From NCBI RefSeq assembly GCF_044647545.1, contig NZ_CP172818.1: a stretch of 64,000 nucleotides of DNA; one strand, 5' to 3'. A program made the position numbers and the translations under genes. Below the pieces are notes generated by a model, which searched no databases, had not been told where the DNA came from, and was given only the letters and a program-made list of their open reading frames with translations. Origin of the DNA: Escherichia coli. GTDB lineage: Bacteria; Pseudomonadota; Gammaproteobacteria; Enterobacterales; Enterobacteriaceae. Shown piece by piece: positions 35,560 to 49,245 of this stretch (position 1 is the first letter of the stretch; every line of letters begins with the position of its first letter).

Positions 35560-36360
35560 ATGTATCAGGTTGTTGCGTCTGATTTAGATGGCACGTTACT
35601 TTCTCCCGACCATACGTTATCCCCTTACGCCAAAGAAACTCTGAAGCTGCTCACCGCGCGCGGCATCAACTTTGTGTTTGCGACCGGTCGTCACCACGTT
35701 GATGTGGGGCAAATTCGCGATAATCTGGAGATTAAGTCTTACATGATTACCTCCAATGGCGCGCGCGTTCACGATCTGGATGGCAATCTGATTTTTGCTC
35801 ATAACCTGGATCGCGACATTGCCAGCGATCTGTTTGGCGTAGTCAACGACAATCCGGACATCATTACTAATGTTTATCGCGACGACGAATGGTTTATGAA
35901 TCGCCATCGCCCGGAAGAGATGCGCTTTTTTAAAGAAGCGGTGTTCAAATATGCGCTGTATGAGCCGGGATTACTGGAGCCGGAAGGCGTCAGCAAAGTG
36001 TTCTTCACCTGCGATTCCCATGAAAAACTTCTGCCACTGGAGCAAGCGATTAACGCTCGCTGGGGCGATCGCGTCAATGTCAGTTTCTCTACCTTAACCT
36101 GCCTGGAAGTCATGGCGGGCGGCGTGTCAAAAGGCCATGCGCTGGAAGCAGTGGCGAAGAAACTGGGCTACAGCCTGAAGGATTGTATTGCGTTTGGTGA
36201 CGGGATGAACGATGCCGAAATGCTGTCGATGGCGGGGAAAGGCTGCATTATGGGCAGTGCGCACCAGCGTCTGAAAGATCTGCATCCGGAACTGGAAGTG
36301 ATTGGTACTAACGCCGAGGACGCAGTGCCGCATTATCTGCGTAAGCTCTATTTATCGTAA
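35560..36360 (+). CDS. yigL: HAD-family sugar phosphatase (Cof-like)
   Basis: 266 aa from ATG 35560 (MYQVVASDLDGTLL...); HAD motif I DLDGT. Confidence 0.9.
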   Translation: MYQVVASDLDGTLLSPDHTLSPYAKETLKLLTARGINFVFATGRHHVDVGQIRDNLEIKSYMITSNGARVHDLDGNLIFAHNLDRDIASDLFGVVNDNPDIITNVYRDDEWFMNRHRPEEMRFFKEAVFKYALYEPGLLEPEGVSKVFFTCDSHEKLLPLEQAINARWGDRVNVSFSTLTCLEVMAGGVSKGHALEAVAKKLGYSLKDCIAFGDGMNDAEMLSMAGKGCIMGSAHQRLKDLHPELEVIGTNAEDAVPHYLRKLYLS

Positions 36361-36435
36361 TCGTTCTTTATTTGGTCAGTTGTCAACCTGATACTTCGCT
36401 ACAATGGATACTCGTTAATCAAAGAGTTTTCCATT

Positions 36436-37335
36436 GTGGCGCTACTTATCATCACCACGATTCTGTGGGCCTTCTCCTTTAGCTTTTATGGCGAGTACCT
36501 TGCGGGGCACGTCGATAGCTATTTTGCGGTTCTGGTGCGCGTTGGCCTGGCGGCACTCGTTTTTCTGCCGTTTCTGCGTACCCGTGGCAATAGCCTGAAA
36601 ACGGTCGGCCTGTATATGCTGGTGGGCGCGATGCAGCTCGGTGTGATGTATATGCTGAGTTTCCGCGCCTATCTCTACCTGACGGTCTCCGAACTGTTGC
36701 TGTTCACCGTACTGACGCCGCTCTACATCACGCTGATTTATGACATCATGAGTAAGCGCCGTCTGCGCTGGGGCTATGCTTTTAGCGCCTTGCTGGCGGT
36801 GATTGGTGCCGGGATTATTCGCTATGATCAGGTCACCGACCATTTCTGGACTGGCTTATTGCTGGTGCAACTCTCCAATATCACTTTTGCCATCGGCATG
36901 GTGGGTTACAAACGTCTGATGGAAACTCGCCCGATGCCGCAGCATAACGCCTTTGCGTGGTTCTATCTTGGCGCGTTCCTGGTGGCAGTGATTGCATGGT
37001 TCTTGCTGGGAAATGCACAGAAAATGCCGCAAACCACGTTGCAATGGGGCATTCTGGTGTTTCTTGGCGTGGTGGCTTCCGGGATTGGCTACTTTATGTG
37101 GAACTACGGCGCGACGCAGGTGGACGCCGGAACGCTGGGCATTATGAATAATATGCACGTTCCGGCAGGGCTGCTGGTAAACCTGGCTATCTGGCACCAA
37201 CAGCCGCACTGGCCAACGTTTATTACAGGCGCGCTGGTGATCCTGGCCTCACTGTGGGTGCATCGTAAGTGGGTCGCTCCGCGCTCTTCACAAACGGCAG
37301 ATGATCGCAGGCGTGATTGCGCGCTGAACGAATAA
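36436..37335 (+). CDS. yigM: DMT-family transporter (biotin uptake BioP/YigM)
   Basis: 299-aa hydrophobic ORF; 3' end overlaps the convergent metR 3' end by about 113 nt. Confidence 0.85.
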   Translation: MALLIITTILWAFSFSFYGEYLAGHVDSYFAVLVRVGLAALVFLPFLRTRGNSLKTVGLYMLVGAMQLGVMYMLSFRAYLYLTVSELLLFTVLTPLYITLIYDIMSKRRLRWGYAFSALLAVIGAGIIRYDQVTDHFWTGLLLVQLSNITFAIGMVGYKRLMETRPMPQHNAFAWFYLGAFLVAVIAWFLLGNAQKMPQTTLQWGILVFLGVVASGIGYFMWNYGATQVDAGTLGIMNNMHVPAGLLVNLAIWHQQPHWPTFITGALVILASLWVHRKWVAPRSSQTADDRRRDCALNE

Positions 37336-38176
37336 ATGCTTCTGTAATCGGCTGACGCTGCTCTCCATCGCGCACGGCGGCGTACAGTCGGCTCCACAAG
37401 CCTTCGCCCAGGGTTTTGGTCACCACCAGACCCTGGCGCTCAAAACTCTCAACTACCCAATGCGGCAGCGCGGCAATACCCATCCGCGCGGCAACCATCT
37501 GAATCAACAATAAGGTGTTATCGACGCTTTTCAGTGACGGGCTGACGCCTGCCGGCTGAAGAAAATGCCGCCAGACATCCAGTCGACTACGCTGCACCGG
37601 ATAAATCAACAGCGTCTCGCTGGCGAGATCTTCCGGTGTAATTCGCGTTTTCGCCGCCAGTGGATGGTCAGGTGCTAACACCAGACGCACTTCATAGTCG
37701 AACATCGGCGAATAATGCAGGCCACTGCGCGGCAGAATATCGGACGTCATCACCAGATCCAGCTCGCCCTGTTGCAACGCAGGCTGCGGATCAAACGTTA
37801 CGCCCGATTTAAAATCCATCTCCACCTGCGGCCAGTTCTTATGGAAATTTTCTAATGCGGGCGTCAGCCACTGAATACAGCTATGGCACTCAATGGCAAT
37901 GCGCAGGCGCGTCTGCTGCGGTTCATTGCAGGCTTGCAGTGCCTGGCTAATTTGCGGCAGCACCTGATTTGCCAGTTGCAACAGGATTTCTCCCTGCGGT
38001 GTAAAGCGAAGCGGCTGGCTTTTACGCACAAATAGCCGGAAGCCAAGGCGTTGTTCCAGATCGCTAAACTGGTGAGACAGGGCGGATTGCGTTTGATGCA
38101 ACGTCGCCGCAGCGGCTGCGAGTGAGCCGCAGTTCCGCAACGCTTGTAGCGTTTTCAGGTGTTTTACTTCGATCAT
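37223..38176 (-). CDS. metR: LysR-type transcriptional activator MetR
   Basis: 317-aa ORF with N-terminal HTH ([45 protein letters not shown]); divergent from metE. Confidence 0.95.
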   Translation of the reverse strand: MIEVKHLKTLQALRNCGSLAAAAATLHQTQSALSHQFSDLEQRLGFRLFVRKSQPLRFTPQGEILLQLANQVLPQISQALQACNEPQQTRLRIAIECHSCIQWLTPALENFHKNWPQVEMDFKSGVTFDPQPALQQGELDLVMTSDILPRSGLHYSPMFDYEVRLVLAPDHPLAAKTRITPEDLASETLLIYPVQRSRLDVWRHFLQPAGVSPSLKSVDNTLLLIQMVAARMGIAALPHWVVESFERQGLVVTKTLGEGLWSRLYAAVRDGEQRQPITEAFIRSARNHACDHLPFVKSAERPTYDAPTVRPGSPARL

Positions 38177-38293
38177 GAAAGTCCTTCACTTCGGCATGAA
38201 TAATTTGCGCTTGAGGAATATACAGTAACCGCCAATTATGGATGTGTAAACATCTGGACGGCTAAATACTAAAAATTCCATAAGGGGCATATA

Positions 38294-40555
38294 ATGACAA
38301 TTCTTAATCACACCCTCGGTTTCCCTCGCGTTGGCCTGCGTCGCGAGCTGAAAAAAGCGCAAGAGAGTTATTGGGCGGGGAACTCCACGCGTGAAGAACT
38401 GCTGGCGGTAGGGCGTGAACTGCGTGCTCGTCACTGGGATCAACAAAAGCAAGCAGGTATCGACCTGCTGCCGGTGGGTGATTTTGCCTGGTACGATCAT
38501 GTCCTGACCACCAGCCTGCTGCTGGGTAACGTTCCGGCGCGTCACCAGAACAAAGATGGTTCGGTAGATATCGACACCCTGTTCCGTATTGGTCGTGGAC
38601 GTGCGCCGACTGGCGAACCTGCGGCGGCGGCGGAAATGACCAAATGGTTTAACACCAACTATCACTACATGGTGCCGGAGTTCGTTAAAGGCCAACAGTT
38701 CAAACTGACCTGGACGCAGCTGCTGGAGGAAGTGGACGAGGCGCTGGCGCTGGGCCACAAGGTGAAACCTGTGCTGCTGGGGCCGGTTACCTGGCTGTGG
38801 CTGGGTAAAGTGAAAGGTGAACAGTTTGATCGCCTGAGCCTGCTGAACGACATTCTGCCGGTTTATCAGCAAGTGCTGGCAGAACTGGCAAAACGCGGCA
38901 TCGAGTGGGTACAGATCGACGAACCCGCGCTGGTACTGGAACTACCGCAGGCGTGGCTGGACGCCTATAAACCCGCTTACGACGCGCTCCAGGGGCAGGT
39001 GAAACTGCTGCTGACTACTTATTTTGAAGGCGTAACACCAAATCTCGACACGATTACTGCGCTGCCTGTTCAGGGGCTGCATGTGGACCTTGTACATGGT
39101 AAAGATGACGTTGCTGAACTGCACAAGCGCCTGCCTTCTGACTGGCTACTGTCTGTGGGTCTGATCAATGGTCGTAACGTCTGGCGCGCCGATCTTACCG
39201 AGAAATATGCGCAAATTAAGGACATTGTCGGCAAACGTGATTTGTGGGTGGCATCTTCCTGCTCACTGCTGCACAGCCCCATCGACCTGAGCGTGGAAAC
39301 GCGTCTTGATGCAGAAGTGAAAAGCTGGTTTGCCTTCGCCCTACAAAAATGCCATGAACTGGCACTGCTGCGCGATGCGCTGAACAGTGGTGATACGGCG
39401 GCTCTGGCAGAGTGGAGCGCTCCGATTCAGGCGCGTCGTCACTCTACTCGTGTACATAATCCGGCAGTAGAAAAGCGTCTGGCGGCGATCACCGCTCAGG
39501 ACAGTCAGCGTGCGAATGTCTATGAAGTGCGTGCTGAAGCCCAGCGTGCGCGTTTTAAACTGCCCGCGTGGCCGACCACCACGATTGGTTCCTTCCCGCA
39601 AACTACGGAGATTCGTACCCTGCGTCTGGATTTTAAAAAGGGTAATCTCGACGCCAATAACTACCGCACGGGCATTGCGGAACATATCAAGCAGGCCATT
39701 GTTGAGCAGGAACGTTTGGGACTGGATGTGCTGGTACATGGCGAGGCCGAGCGTAATGACATGGTGGAATACTTTGGCGAGCATCTGGATGGCTTTGTCT
39801 TTACGCAAAACGGTTGGGTACAGAGCTACGGTTCCCGCTGCGTGAAGCCACCGATTGTTATTGGTGACGTTAGCCGCCCGGCACCGATTACTGTGGAGTG
39901 GGCAAAATATGCGCAATCCCTGACTGATAAACCGGTGAAAGGGATGTTGACCGGCCCGGTGACTATTCTCTGCTGGTCGTTCCCGCGTGAAGATGTCAGC
40001 CGTGAAACCATCGCCAAACAAATTGCGCTGGCGCTGCGTGATGAAGTGGCCGATCTGGAAGCCGCTGGAATTGGCATCATCCAGATTGACGAACCGGCTC
40101 TGCGCGAAGGTTTACCGCTGCGTCGCAGCGACTGGGATGTGTATCTCCAGTGGGGCGTAGAGGCCTTCCGTATCAACGCCGCCGTGGCGAAAGATGACAC
40201 ACAAATCCACACTCACATGTGTTATTGCGAGTTCAACGACATCATGGATTCCATTGCGGCGCTGGACGCAGACGTCATCACCATCGAAACCTCGCGTTCC
40301 GACATGGAGTTGCTGGAGTCGTTTGAAGAGTTTGATTATCCAAATGAAATCGGTCCTGGCGTCTATGACATTCACTCGCCAAACGTACCGAGCGTGGAAT
40401 GGATTGAAGCCTTGCTGAAGAAAGCGGCAAAACGCATTCCGGCAGAGCGTCTGTGGGTCAACCCGGACTGTGGCCTGAAAACGCGCGGCTGGCCAGAAAC
40501 CCGCGCGGCACTGGCGAACATGGTGCAGGCGGCGCAGAATTTGCGTCGGGGGTAA
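38294..40555 (+). CDS. metE: cobalamin-independent methionine synthase
   Basis: 753-aa [33 protein letters not shown]...; divergent from metR. Confidence 0.95.
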   Translation: MTILNHTLGFPRVGLRRELKKAQESYWAGNSTREELLAVGRELRARHWDQQKQAGIDLLPVGDFAWYDHVLTTSLLLGNVPARHQNKDGSVDIDTLFRIGRGRAPTGEPAAAAEMTKWFNTNYHYMVPEFVKGQQFKLTWTQLLEEVDEALALGHKVKPVLLGPVTWLWLGKVKGEQFDRLSLLNDILPVYQQVLAELAKRGIEWVQIDEPALVLELPQAWLDAYKPAYDALQGQVKLLLTTYFEGVTPNLDTITALPVQGLHVDLVHGKDDVAELHKRLPSDWLLSVGLINGRNVWRADLTEKYAQIKDIVGKRDLWVASSCSLLHSPIDLSVETRLDAEVKSWFAFALQKCHELALLRDALNSGDTAALAEWSAPIQARRHSTRVHNPAVEKRLAAITAQDSQRANVYEVRAEAQRARFKLPAWPTTTIGSFPQTTEIRTLRLDFKKGNLDANNYRTGIAEHIKQAIVEQERLGLDVLVHGEAERNDMVEYFGEHLDGFVFTQNGWVQSYGSRCVKPPIVIGDVSRPAPITVEWAKYAQSLTDKPVKGMLTGPVTILCWSFPREDVSRETIAKQIALALRDEVADLEAAGIGIIQIDEPALREGLPLRRSDWDVYLQWGVEAFRINAAVAKDDTQIHTHMCYCEFNDIMDSIAALDADVITIETSRSDMELLESFEEFDYPNEIGPGVYDIHSPNVPSVEWIEALLKKAAKRIPAERLWVNPDCGLKTRGWPETRAALANMVQAAQNLRRG

Positions 40556-40565
40556 ATCCCAAACT

Positions 40566-40594
40566 GGGTGGCAAACACCACCCGGTCTTTTCTC
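40566..40594 (+). terminator. terminator hairpin between convergent metE and ysgA
   Basis: gggtgg-caaaca-ccaccc stem-loop followed by ggtcttttctc. Confidence 0.5.
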
Positions 40595-40595
40595 A

Positions 40596-41411
40596 TTACA
40601 GCGACTTCTTCCCACCATACTGTGTAAACCATTCCAACATTCGCTGCCAGCCGTCTTTCGCAGACTCGGCATGATAGCTCGGACGATAATCGGCGTTGAA
40701 CGCATGCCCGGCATCCGGGTAGACGATAATCTCTGCTTTCGCGTTTGCTGCCCGCAGCGCCTGGCGCATCGTTTCAACGCTCTCCTGCGGAATGCTGTTA
40801 TCCTGGCCGCCATATAAGCCGATAACCGGCGCGTTAAGATCGGTTGCGATATCAACAGGCTGTTTCGGTGAATTCAGCGTCTTATCGCCGGTTAATTTGC
40901 CGTACCATGCCACCGCTGCTTTCAGTTGTGGATTATGCGCAGCATACAGCCAGGTGATGCGCCCACCCCAGCAAAATCCGGTGATCATTAAGCGATGAAC
41001 ATCGCCGCCGTTGCGTGACGCCCAACTGGCGACATGATCGAGATCGGCCAGCACCTGCGAGTCAGGCACTTTTGCTACCAGACCGCTAAGCAGCGTAGGG
41101 ATATCGGCAAAATCATTCGGATCGCCTTCGCGGAAGTAAAGTTCAGGTGCGATAGCCAGATACCCCTCCAGCGCCAGACGGCGACAAATATCGCGGATAT
41201 GTTCATGCACGCCAAAAATTTCCTGCACTACAATGACCACTGGCAGTGGGCCATCGCTTTGCTTTGGTCTGGCATGGTAAGCAGGCATGTTATCCCCTTG
41301 TGAAGGGATAGAGGTGAAGCCCGCCACAATCGCGTCGTCCGGAGTCTGAACGATGGTCGAAGCGAGAGGCGATGCAGCAGGTGCAAATCCAGATTGTTGT
41401 GTTGTTGCCAT
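40596..41411 (-). CDS. ysgA: dienelactone-hydrolase-family protein
   Basis: 271 aa from ATG at 41411 ([16 protein letters not shown]...). Confidence 0.85.
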   Translation of the reverse strand: MATTQQSGFAPAASPLASTIVQTPDDAIVAGFTSIPSQGDNMPAYHARPKQSDGPLPVVIVVQEIFGVHEHIRDICRRLALEGYLAIAPELYFREGDPNDFADIPTLLSGLVAKVPDSQVLADLDHVASWASRNGGDVHRLMITGFCWGGRITWLYAAHNPQLKAAVAWYGKLTGDKTLNSPKQPVDIATDLNAPVIGLYGGQDNSIPQESVETMRQALRAANAKAEIIVYPDAGHAFNADYRPSYHAESAKDGWQRMLEWFTQYGGKKSL

Positions 41412-41531
41412 GGTATTCTCCGTACCCTTATAAAAATGTTGCGCAATGTTAACTATAGTCAGCATGCAACAAATCACATTGCCTGAATCGGCTCATCTTT
41501 TATGCAGTCCTGCAGAATGAAGAGTGATTTA

Positions 41532-41547
41532 TGTGATTTGCATCACT
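41532..41547 (+). promoter_or_regulatory. CRP binding site in the udp promoter
   Basis: tgtga-tttgca-tcact fits TGTGA-N6-TCACA. Confidence 0.6.
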
Positions 41548-41583
41548 TTTGGCGGGTAAATTTATGCAACGCATTTTCGTCAT

Positions 41584-41599
41584 GGTGATGAGTATCACG
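41584..41599 (+). promoter_or_regulatory. second CRP-like site in the udp promoter
   Basis: ggtga-tgagta-tcacg. Confidence 0.5.
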
Positions 41600-41672
41600 A
41601 AAAAATGTTAAACCCTTCGGTAAAGTGTCTTTTTGCTTCTTCTGACTAAACCGATTCACAGAGGAGTTGTAT

Positions 41673-42515
41673 ATGTCCAAGTCTGATGTTTTTCATCTCG
41701 GCCTCACTAAAAACGATTTACAAGGGGCTACGCTTGCCATCGTCCCTGGCGACCCGGATCGTGTGGAAAAGATCGCCGCGCTGATGGATAAGCCGGTTAA
41801 GCTGGCATCTCATCGCGAATTCACCACCTGGCGTGCAGAGCTGGATGGTAAACCTGTTATCGTCTGCTCTACCGGTATCGGCGGCCCGTCTACCTCTATT
41901 GCTGTTGAAGAGCTGGCACAGCTGGGCATTCGCACCTTCCTGCGTATCGGTACAACGGGCGCTATTCAGCCGCATATTAATGTGGGTGATGTCCTGGTTA
42001 CCACGGCGTCTGTTCGTCTGGACGGCGCGAGCCTGCACTTCGCACCGCTGGAATTCCCGGCTGTCGCTGATTTCGAATGTACGACTGCGCTGGTTGAAGC
42101 GGCGAAGTCAATTGGTGCCACCACTCACGTTGGTGTGACGGCTTCTTCTGATACCTTCTACCCGGGTCAGGAACGTTACGATACTTACTCTGGTCGCGTA
42201 GTTCGTCACTTTAAAGGTTCTATGGAAGAGTGGCAGGCGATGGGCGTAATGAACTATGAAATGGAATCTGCAACCCTGCTGACCATGTGTGCAAGTCAGG
42301 GCCTGCGTGCCGGTATGGTAGCGGGGGTTATCGTTAACCGCACCCAGCAAGAGATCCCGAATGCTGAGACGATGAAACAAACCGAAAGCCATGCGGTGAA
42401 AATCGTGGTGGAAGCGGCGCGTCGTCTGCTGAAATTCTCTTTCTCCTGTCAGCCCTGGGTGAAGGCATCCCATCTTCATCTCCAGGATGCATTCACCGAA
42501 ATCGAATCGGGATAA
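41673..42515 (+). CDS. udp: uridine phosphorylase with a 27-codon C-terminal extension in this sequence
   Basis: [40 protein letters not shown]...; codons 1-253 end in ...VEAARRLL as recalled for K-12 Udp, but codon 254 is AAA and the frame continues to 42515. Confidence 0.85.
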   Translation: MSKSDVFHLGLTKNDLQGATLAIVPGDPDRVEKIAALMDKPVKLASHREFTTWRAELDGKPVIVCSTGIGGPSTSIAVEELAQLGIRTFLRIGTTGAIQPHINVGDVLVTTASVRLDGASLHFAPLEFPAVADFECTTALVEAAKSIGATTHVGVTASSDTFYPGQERYDTYSGRVVRHFKGSMEEWQAMGVMNYEMESATLLTMCASQGLRAGMVAGVIVNRTQQEIPNAETMKQTESHAVKIVVEAARRLLKFSFSCQPWVKASHLHLQDAFTEIESG

Positions 42516-43700
42516 AACATCAAATAACTCCCCTCATAAATCTGGAAATCTAATTTTTTTTCAACTACTGCCCATTTCGCATTTGCCGGTAACCTATCAC
42601 ATGCATACCCTGATGGATCGCGTTTTCAGGCCGGTTCCATCGACACACCTGAATTTTTTCTCTTCGCCACGCATCACTTCGGCATTTCACCTTCTTTAAT
42701 CACCCAGCATGATTCAGCATTTCTCTCTGTGATAACACGTCAACTGCTTCGCCAGACCCTCGAATGACCGCAAGGTAAATAACTGCTGTTGCCACCCTTC
42801 GCACTCCGACATCCGCAAGCCATACCGCATGGGTTTTCGACCATCCCGCAGACACGTAAAACGTATCTGGAAACTCCTCACGTTTCTCCTGGAGGTAATT
42901 TCATGATCCCCAGAATTCACGTTTTTCTTTGATCTTGATTCGCCAAAACGCCATGCCCGAACGATGACTTCCCCATCCAGGATTAAATCTAAGTTCTGCA
43001 TTATCTTTCCTTTAATCATTTTATTTATCTTTCGGACGTCTTACCCCACCCATTCACGGATATCTCTTCTGCACAGGATTTGACGAAGTGCCACTTCAAC
43101 CCCACGACATATACTGTACTCGACAGAAATACCGCCACAATTTCATCCCGCTTGTAAACCCTCAACGCAACGGATATCGGCTCTTTCCTTCCAATCAAAA
43201 CAAAACCACTCCAAACGACGCATGTTCTAATAAAGCGCCCATTTTGTTTCATCACCACAGGCTTTACCGCCACTTTCTTCTTTCGTTAGATCAATCCTCC
43301 GATCCGTGATTCCATCATCGATCCTCTGACGCATTTCCACCCCCTGACTTTGATCTTCTCCAGATACAGCACTTCTCGCCTTCAACGATCCCCAGATGCA
43401 CGGTTCCAGTTAACCAACGTTCAAAACCGCAATTTTACACGAGTCTTTCCATCTCTCACTGAATCGATCATTTCACCCATTTACCCTCGTGACACGCAGT
43501 AACTTTTCCACAAACTGACTAAACATGTTTCTCCTCGTCCTGAACTCCCGATAATTTTAGTCACACGTTATAAACACATTAAGAACCGCCATCCACGTAA
43601 TAACGTTTCCGCCTCGTGTTGAAGAGGTTTCTCCCACTCACTTCTCTATGATATTCTGAATTTCCACATAATGACGTGGGGAAAAAGTGATATATCCCAC
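42516..43700. other. G-depleted (+ strand), ORF-free tract of about 1.2 kb between udp and rmuC
   Basis: about 13% G against about 30% C in sampled 60-nt lines; only short ORFs without recognisable protein features; right boundary approximate. Confidence 0.8.
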
Positions 43701-43842
43701 AATATAAACCCATCTCATATTGTGGATAAATAATGAAAATTAACATTTTTGCGTAGCGCCTCGCAGGAAACTTCTTTCAAACTGGACGTTTGTACAGCAC
43801 AATTCTATTTTGTGCGGGTAAGTTGTTGCGTCAGGAGGCGTT

Positions 43843-45270
43843 GTGGATTTCTCAATCATGGTTTACGCAGTTATTGCATTGGTGGGTGTGGCAATTGGCT
43901 GGCTGTTTGCCAGTTATCAACATGCGCAGCAAAAAGCCGAGCAATTAGCTGAACGTGAAGAGATGGTCGCGGAGTTAAGCGCGGCAAAACAACAAATTAC
44001 TCAAAGCGAGCACTGGCGCGCTGAGTGCGAGTTACTCAATAACGAAGTGCGCAGCCTGCAAAGTATTAACACCTCTCTGGAGGCCGATCTGCGTGAAGTA
44101 ACCACGCGGATGGAAGCTGCACAGCAACATGCTGACGATAAAATTCGCCAGATGATTAACAGCGAGCAGCGCCTCAGTGAGCAGTTTGAAAACCTCGCCA
44201 ACCGTATTTTTGAGCACAGCAATCGCCGGGTTGATGAGCAAAACCGTCAGAGCCTGAACAGCCTGTTGTCGCCGCTACGTGAACAACTGGACGGTTTCCG
44301 CCGTCAGGTCCAGGACAGCTTTGGTAAAGAAGCCCAAGAACGTCATACCCTGACTCACGAAATCCGCAACCTCCAGCAACTCAACGCCCAGATGGCCCAG
44401 GAAGCGATCAACCTGACGCGTGCGCTGAAAGGCGACAATAAAACCCAGGGCAACTGGGGCGAGGTAGTATTGACGCGGGTGCTGGAGGCTTCCGGTCTGC
44501 GTGAAGGGTATGAATATGAAACCCAGGTCAGCATCGAAAATGACGCCCGCTCGCGGATGCAGCCGGATGTCATCGTGCGGTTGCCGCAGGGAAAAGATGT
44601 GGTGATCGACGCCAAAATGACGCTGGTCGCCTATGAACGCTATTTCAACGCTGAAGATGACTACACACGTGAAAGCGCGCTACAGGAGCATATCGCGTCG
44701 GTGCGTAACCACATCCGCTTGCTTGGACGCAAAGATTATCAACAGTTGCCGGGGCTGCGAACCCTGGATTACGTGCTGATGTTTATCCCCGTTGAGCCAG
44801 CATTTTTATTGGCACTGGATCGCCAGCCGGAGCTGATCACCGAAGCGTTGAAAAACAATATCATGCTGGTTAGCCCGACTACGCTGCTGGTGGCGCTGCG
44901 CACTATCGCCAACCTGTGGCGTTATGAGCATCAAAGCCGCAACGCCCAGCAAATCGCCGATCGTGCCAGCAAGCTGTACGACAAGATGCGTTTGTTCATC
45001 GATGACATGTCCGCGATTGGTCAAAGTCTCGACAAAGCGCAGGATAACTATCGCCAGGCAATGAAAAAACTCTCTTCAGGTCGCGGAAATGTGCTGGCGC
45101 AGGCAGAAGCGTTTCGCGGTTTAGGGGTAGAAATTAAACGCGAGATTAATCCGGATTTGGCTGAACAGGCGGTGAGCCAGGATGAAGAGTATCGACTTCG
45201 GTCGGTTCCGGAGCAACCGAATGATGAAGCTTATCAACGCGATGATGAATATAATCAGCAGTCGCGCTAG
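43843..45270 (+). CDS. rmuC: DNA recombination protein RmuC
   Basis: 475-aa ORF from GTG 43843 (MDFSIMVYAVIALVGVAIGWLFA...), coiled-coil rich. Confidence 0.9.
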   Translation: MDFSIMVYAVIALVGVAIGWLFASYQHAQQKAEQLAEREEMVAELSAAKQQITQSEHWRAECELLNNEVRSLQSINTSLEADLREVTTRMEAAQQHADDKIRQMINSEQRLSEQFENLANRIFEHSNRRVDEQNRQSLNSLLSPLREQLDGFRRQVQDSFGKEAQERHTLTHEIRNLQQLNAQMAQEAINLTRALKGDNKTQGNWGEVVLTRVLEASGLREGYEYETQVSIENDARSRMQPDVIVRLPQGKDVVIDAKMTLVAYERYFNAEDDYTRESALQEHIASVRNHIRLLGRKDYQQLPGLRTLDYVLMFIPVEPAFLLALDRQPELITEALKNNIMLVSPTTLLVALRTIANLWRYEHQSRNAQQIADRASKLYDKMRLFIDDMSAIGQSLDKAQDNYRQAMKKLSSGRGNVLAQAEAFRGLGVEIKREINPDLAEQAVSQDEEYRLRSVPEQPNDEAYQRDDEYNQQSR

Positions 45271-45364
45271 CCCATTGGGGGTAGTTAAGCCGGGTAGAAA
45301 TCTAGGGCATCGACGCCCAATCTGTTACACTTCTGGAACAATTTTTTGATGAGCAGGCATTGAG

Positions 45365-46120
45365 ATGGTGGATAAGTCACAAGAAACGACGCACTTTGGT
45401 TTTCAGACCGTCGCGAAGGAACAAAAAGCGGATATGGTCGCCCACGTTTTCCATTCCGTGGCATCAAAATACGATGTCATGAATGATTTGATGTCATTCG
45501 GTATTCATCGTTTGTGGAAGCGATTCACGATTGATTGCAGCGGCGTACGCCGTGGGCAGACCGTGCTGGATCTGGCTGGTGGCACCGGCGACCTGACAGC
45601 GAAATTCTCCCGCCTGGTCGGAGAAACTGGCAAAGTGGTCCTTGCTGATATCAATGAATCCATGCTCAAAATGGGACGCGAGAAGCTGCGTAATATCGGT
45701 GTGATTGGCAACGTTGAGTATGTTCAAGCGAACGCTGAGGCGCTGCCGTTCCCGGATAACACCTTTGATTGCATCACCATTTCGTTTGGTCTGCGTAACG
45801 TCACCGACAAAGATAAAGCACTGCGTTCAATGTATCGCGTGCTGAAACCCGGCGGCCGCCTGCTGGTGCTTGAGTTCTCGAAGCCAATTATCGAGCCGCT
45901 GAGCAAAGCCTATGATGCATACTCCTTCCATGTGCTGCCGCGTATTGGCTCACTGGTCGCGAACGACGCCGACAGCTACCGTTATCTGGCAGAATCCATC
46001 CGTATGCATCCCGATCAGGATACCCTGAAAGCCATGATGCAGGATGCCGGATTCGAAAGTGTCGACTACTACAATCTGACGGCAGGGGTTGTGGCGTTGC
46101 ATCGTGGTTATAAGTTCTGA
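45365..46120 (+). CDS. ubiE: demethylmenaquinone / 2-methoxy-6-polyprenyl-1,4-benzoquinol C-methyltransferase
   Basis: 251-aa ORF with SAM-binding motif LDLAGGTGD. Confidence 0.95.
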
Positions 46121-46133
46121 CAGGAGACCGGAA

Positions 46134-48376
<2,243 letters not shown>

Positions 48377-48454
48377 TTTTTTCATCGCTCAAGGCGGGCC
48401 GTGTAACGTATAATGCGGCCTTGTTTAATCATCATCTACCACAGAGGAACATGT

Positions 48455-48724
48455 ATGGGTGGTATCAGTATTTGGCAGTTATTGATTATTGCCGTCATCG
48501 TTGTACTGCTTTTTGGCACCAAAAAGCTCGGCTCCATCGGTTCCGATCTTGGTGCGTCGATCAAAGGCTTTAAAAAAGCAATGAGCGATGATGAACCAAA
48601 GCAGGATAAAACCAGTCAGGATGCTGATTTTACTGCGAAAACTATCGCCGATAAGCAGGCGGATACGAATCAGGAACAGGCTAAAACAGAAGACGCGAAG
48701 CGCCACGATAAAGAGCAGGTGTAA
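48455..48724 (+). CDS. tatA: twin-arginine translocase subunit TatA
   Basis: 89 aa from ATG 48455 ([27 protein letters not shown]...). Confidence 0.95.
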   Translation: MGGISIWQLLIIAVIVVLLFGTKKLGSIGSDLGASIKGFKKAMSDDEPKQDKTSQDADFTAKTIADKQADTNQEQAKTEDAKRHDKEQV

Positions 48725-48727
48725 TCC

Positions 48728-49243
48728 GTGTTTGATATCGGTTTTAGCGAACTGCTATTGGTATTCATCATCGGCCTCGTCGTTCTGGGGCCGCAACGAC
48801 TGCCTGTGGCGGTAAAAACGGTCGCGGGCTGGATTCGCGCGTTGCGTTCACTGGCGACAACGGTGCAGAACGAACTGACCCAGGAGTTAAAACTCCAGGA
48901 GTTTCAGGACAGTCTGAAAAAGGTTGAAAAGGCGAGCCTCACTAACCTGACACCCGAACTGAAAGCGTCGATGGATGAATTACGCCAGGCCGCGGAGTCG
49001 ATGAAGCGTTCCTACGTTGCAAACGATCCTGAAAAGGCGAGCGATGAAGCGCACACCATCCATAACCCGGTGGTGAAAGACAATGAAGCTGCGCATGAAG
49101 GCGTAACGCCTGCCGCTGCACAAACGCAGGCCAGTTCGCCGGAACAGAAGCCAGAAACCACGCCAGAGCCGGTGGTAAAACCTGCTGCGGACGCTGAACC
49201 GAAAACCGCTGCACCTTCCCCTTCGTCGAGTGATAAACCGTAA
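48728..49243 (+). CDS. tatB: twin-arginine translocase subunit TatB
   Basis: 171-aa ORF from GTG 48728 ([26 protein letters not shown]...). Confidence 0.95.
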
Positions 49244-49245
49244 AC

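Noticed and set aside
37223-37335. About 113-nt convergent overlap of the yigM and metR 3' ends
   Set aside because: Both proteins have their expected full lengths (299 and 317 aa), so the overlap looks native rather than an anomaly; possible antisense interplay is speculative.
38177-38293. MetJ/MetR operator sites in the metR-metE divergent region
   Set aside because: Expected here and partly visible (for example acatctggacg resembles a met box), but I could not delimit the boxes confidently by eye, so no coordinates are reported.
42714-43273. Two minus-strand ORFs (101 aa and 82 aa) inside the G-depleted tract
   Set aside because: No recognisable protein features or ribosome-binding sites; a G-rich minus strand is depleted in stop codons, so ORFs of this length are expected by chance.
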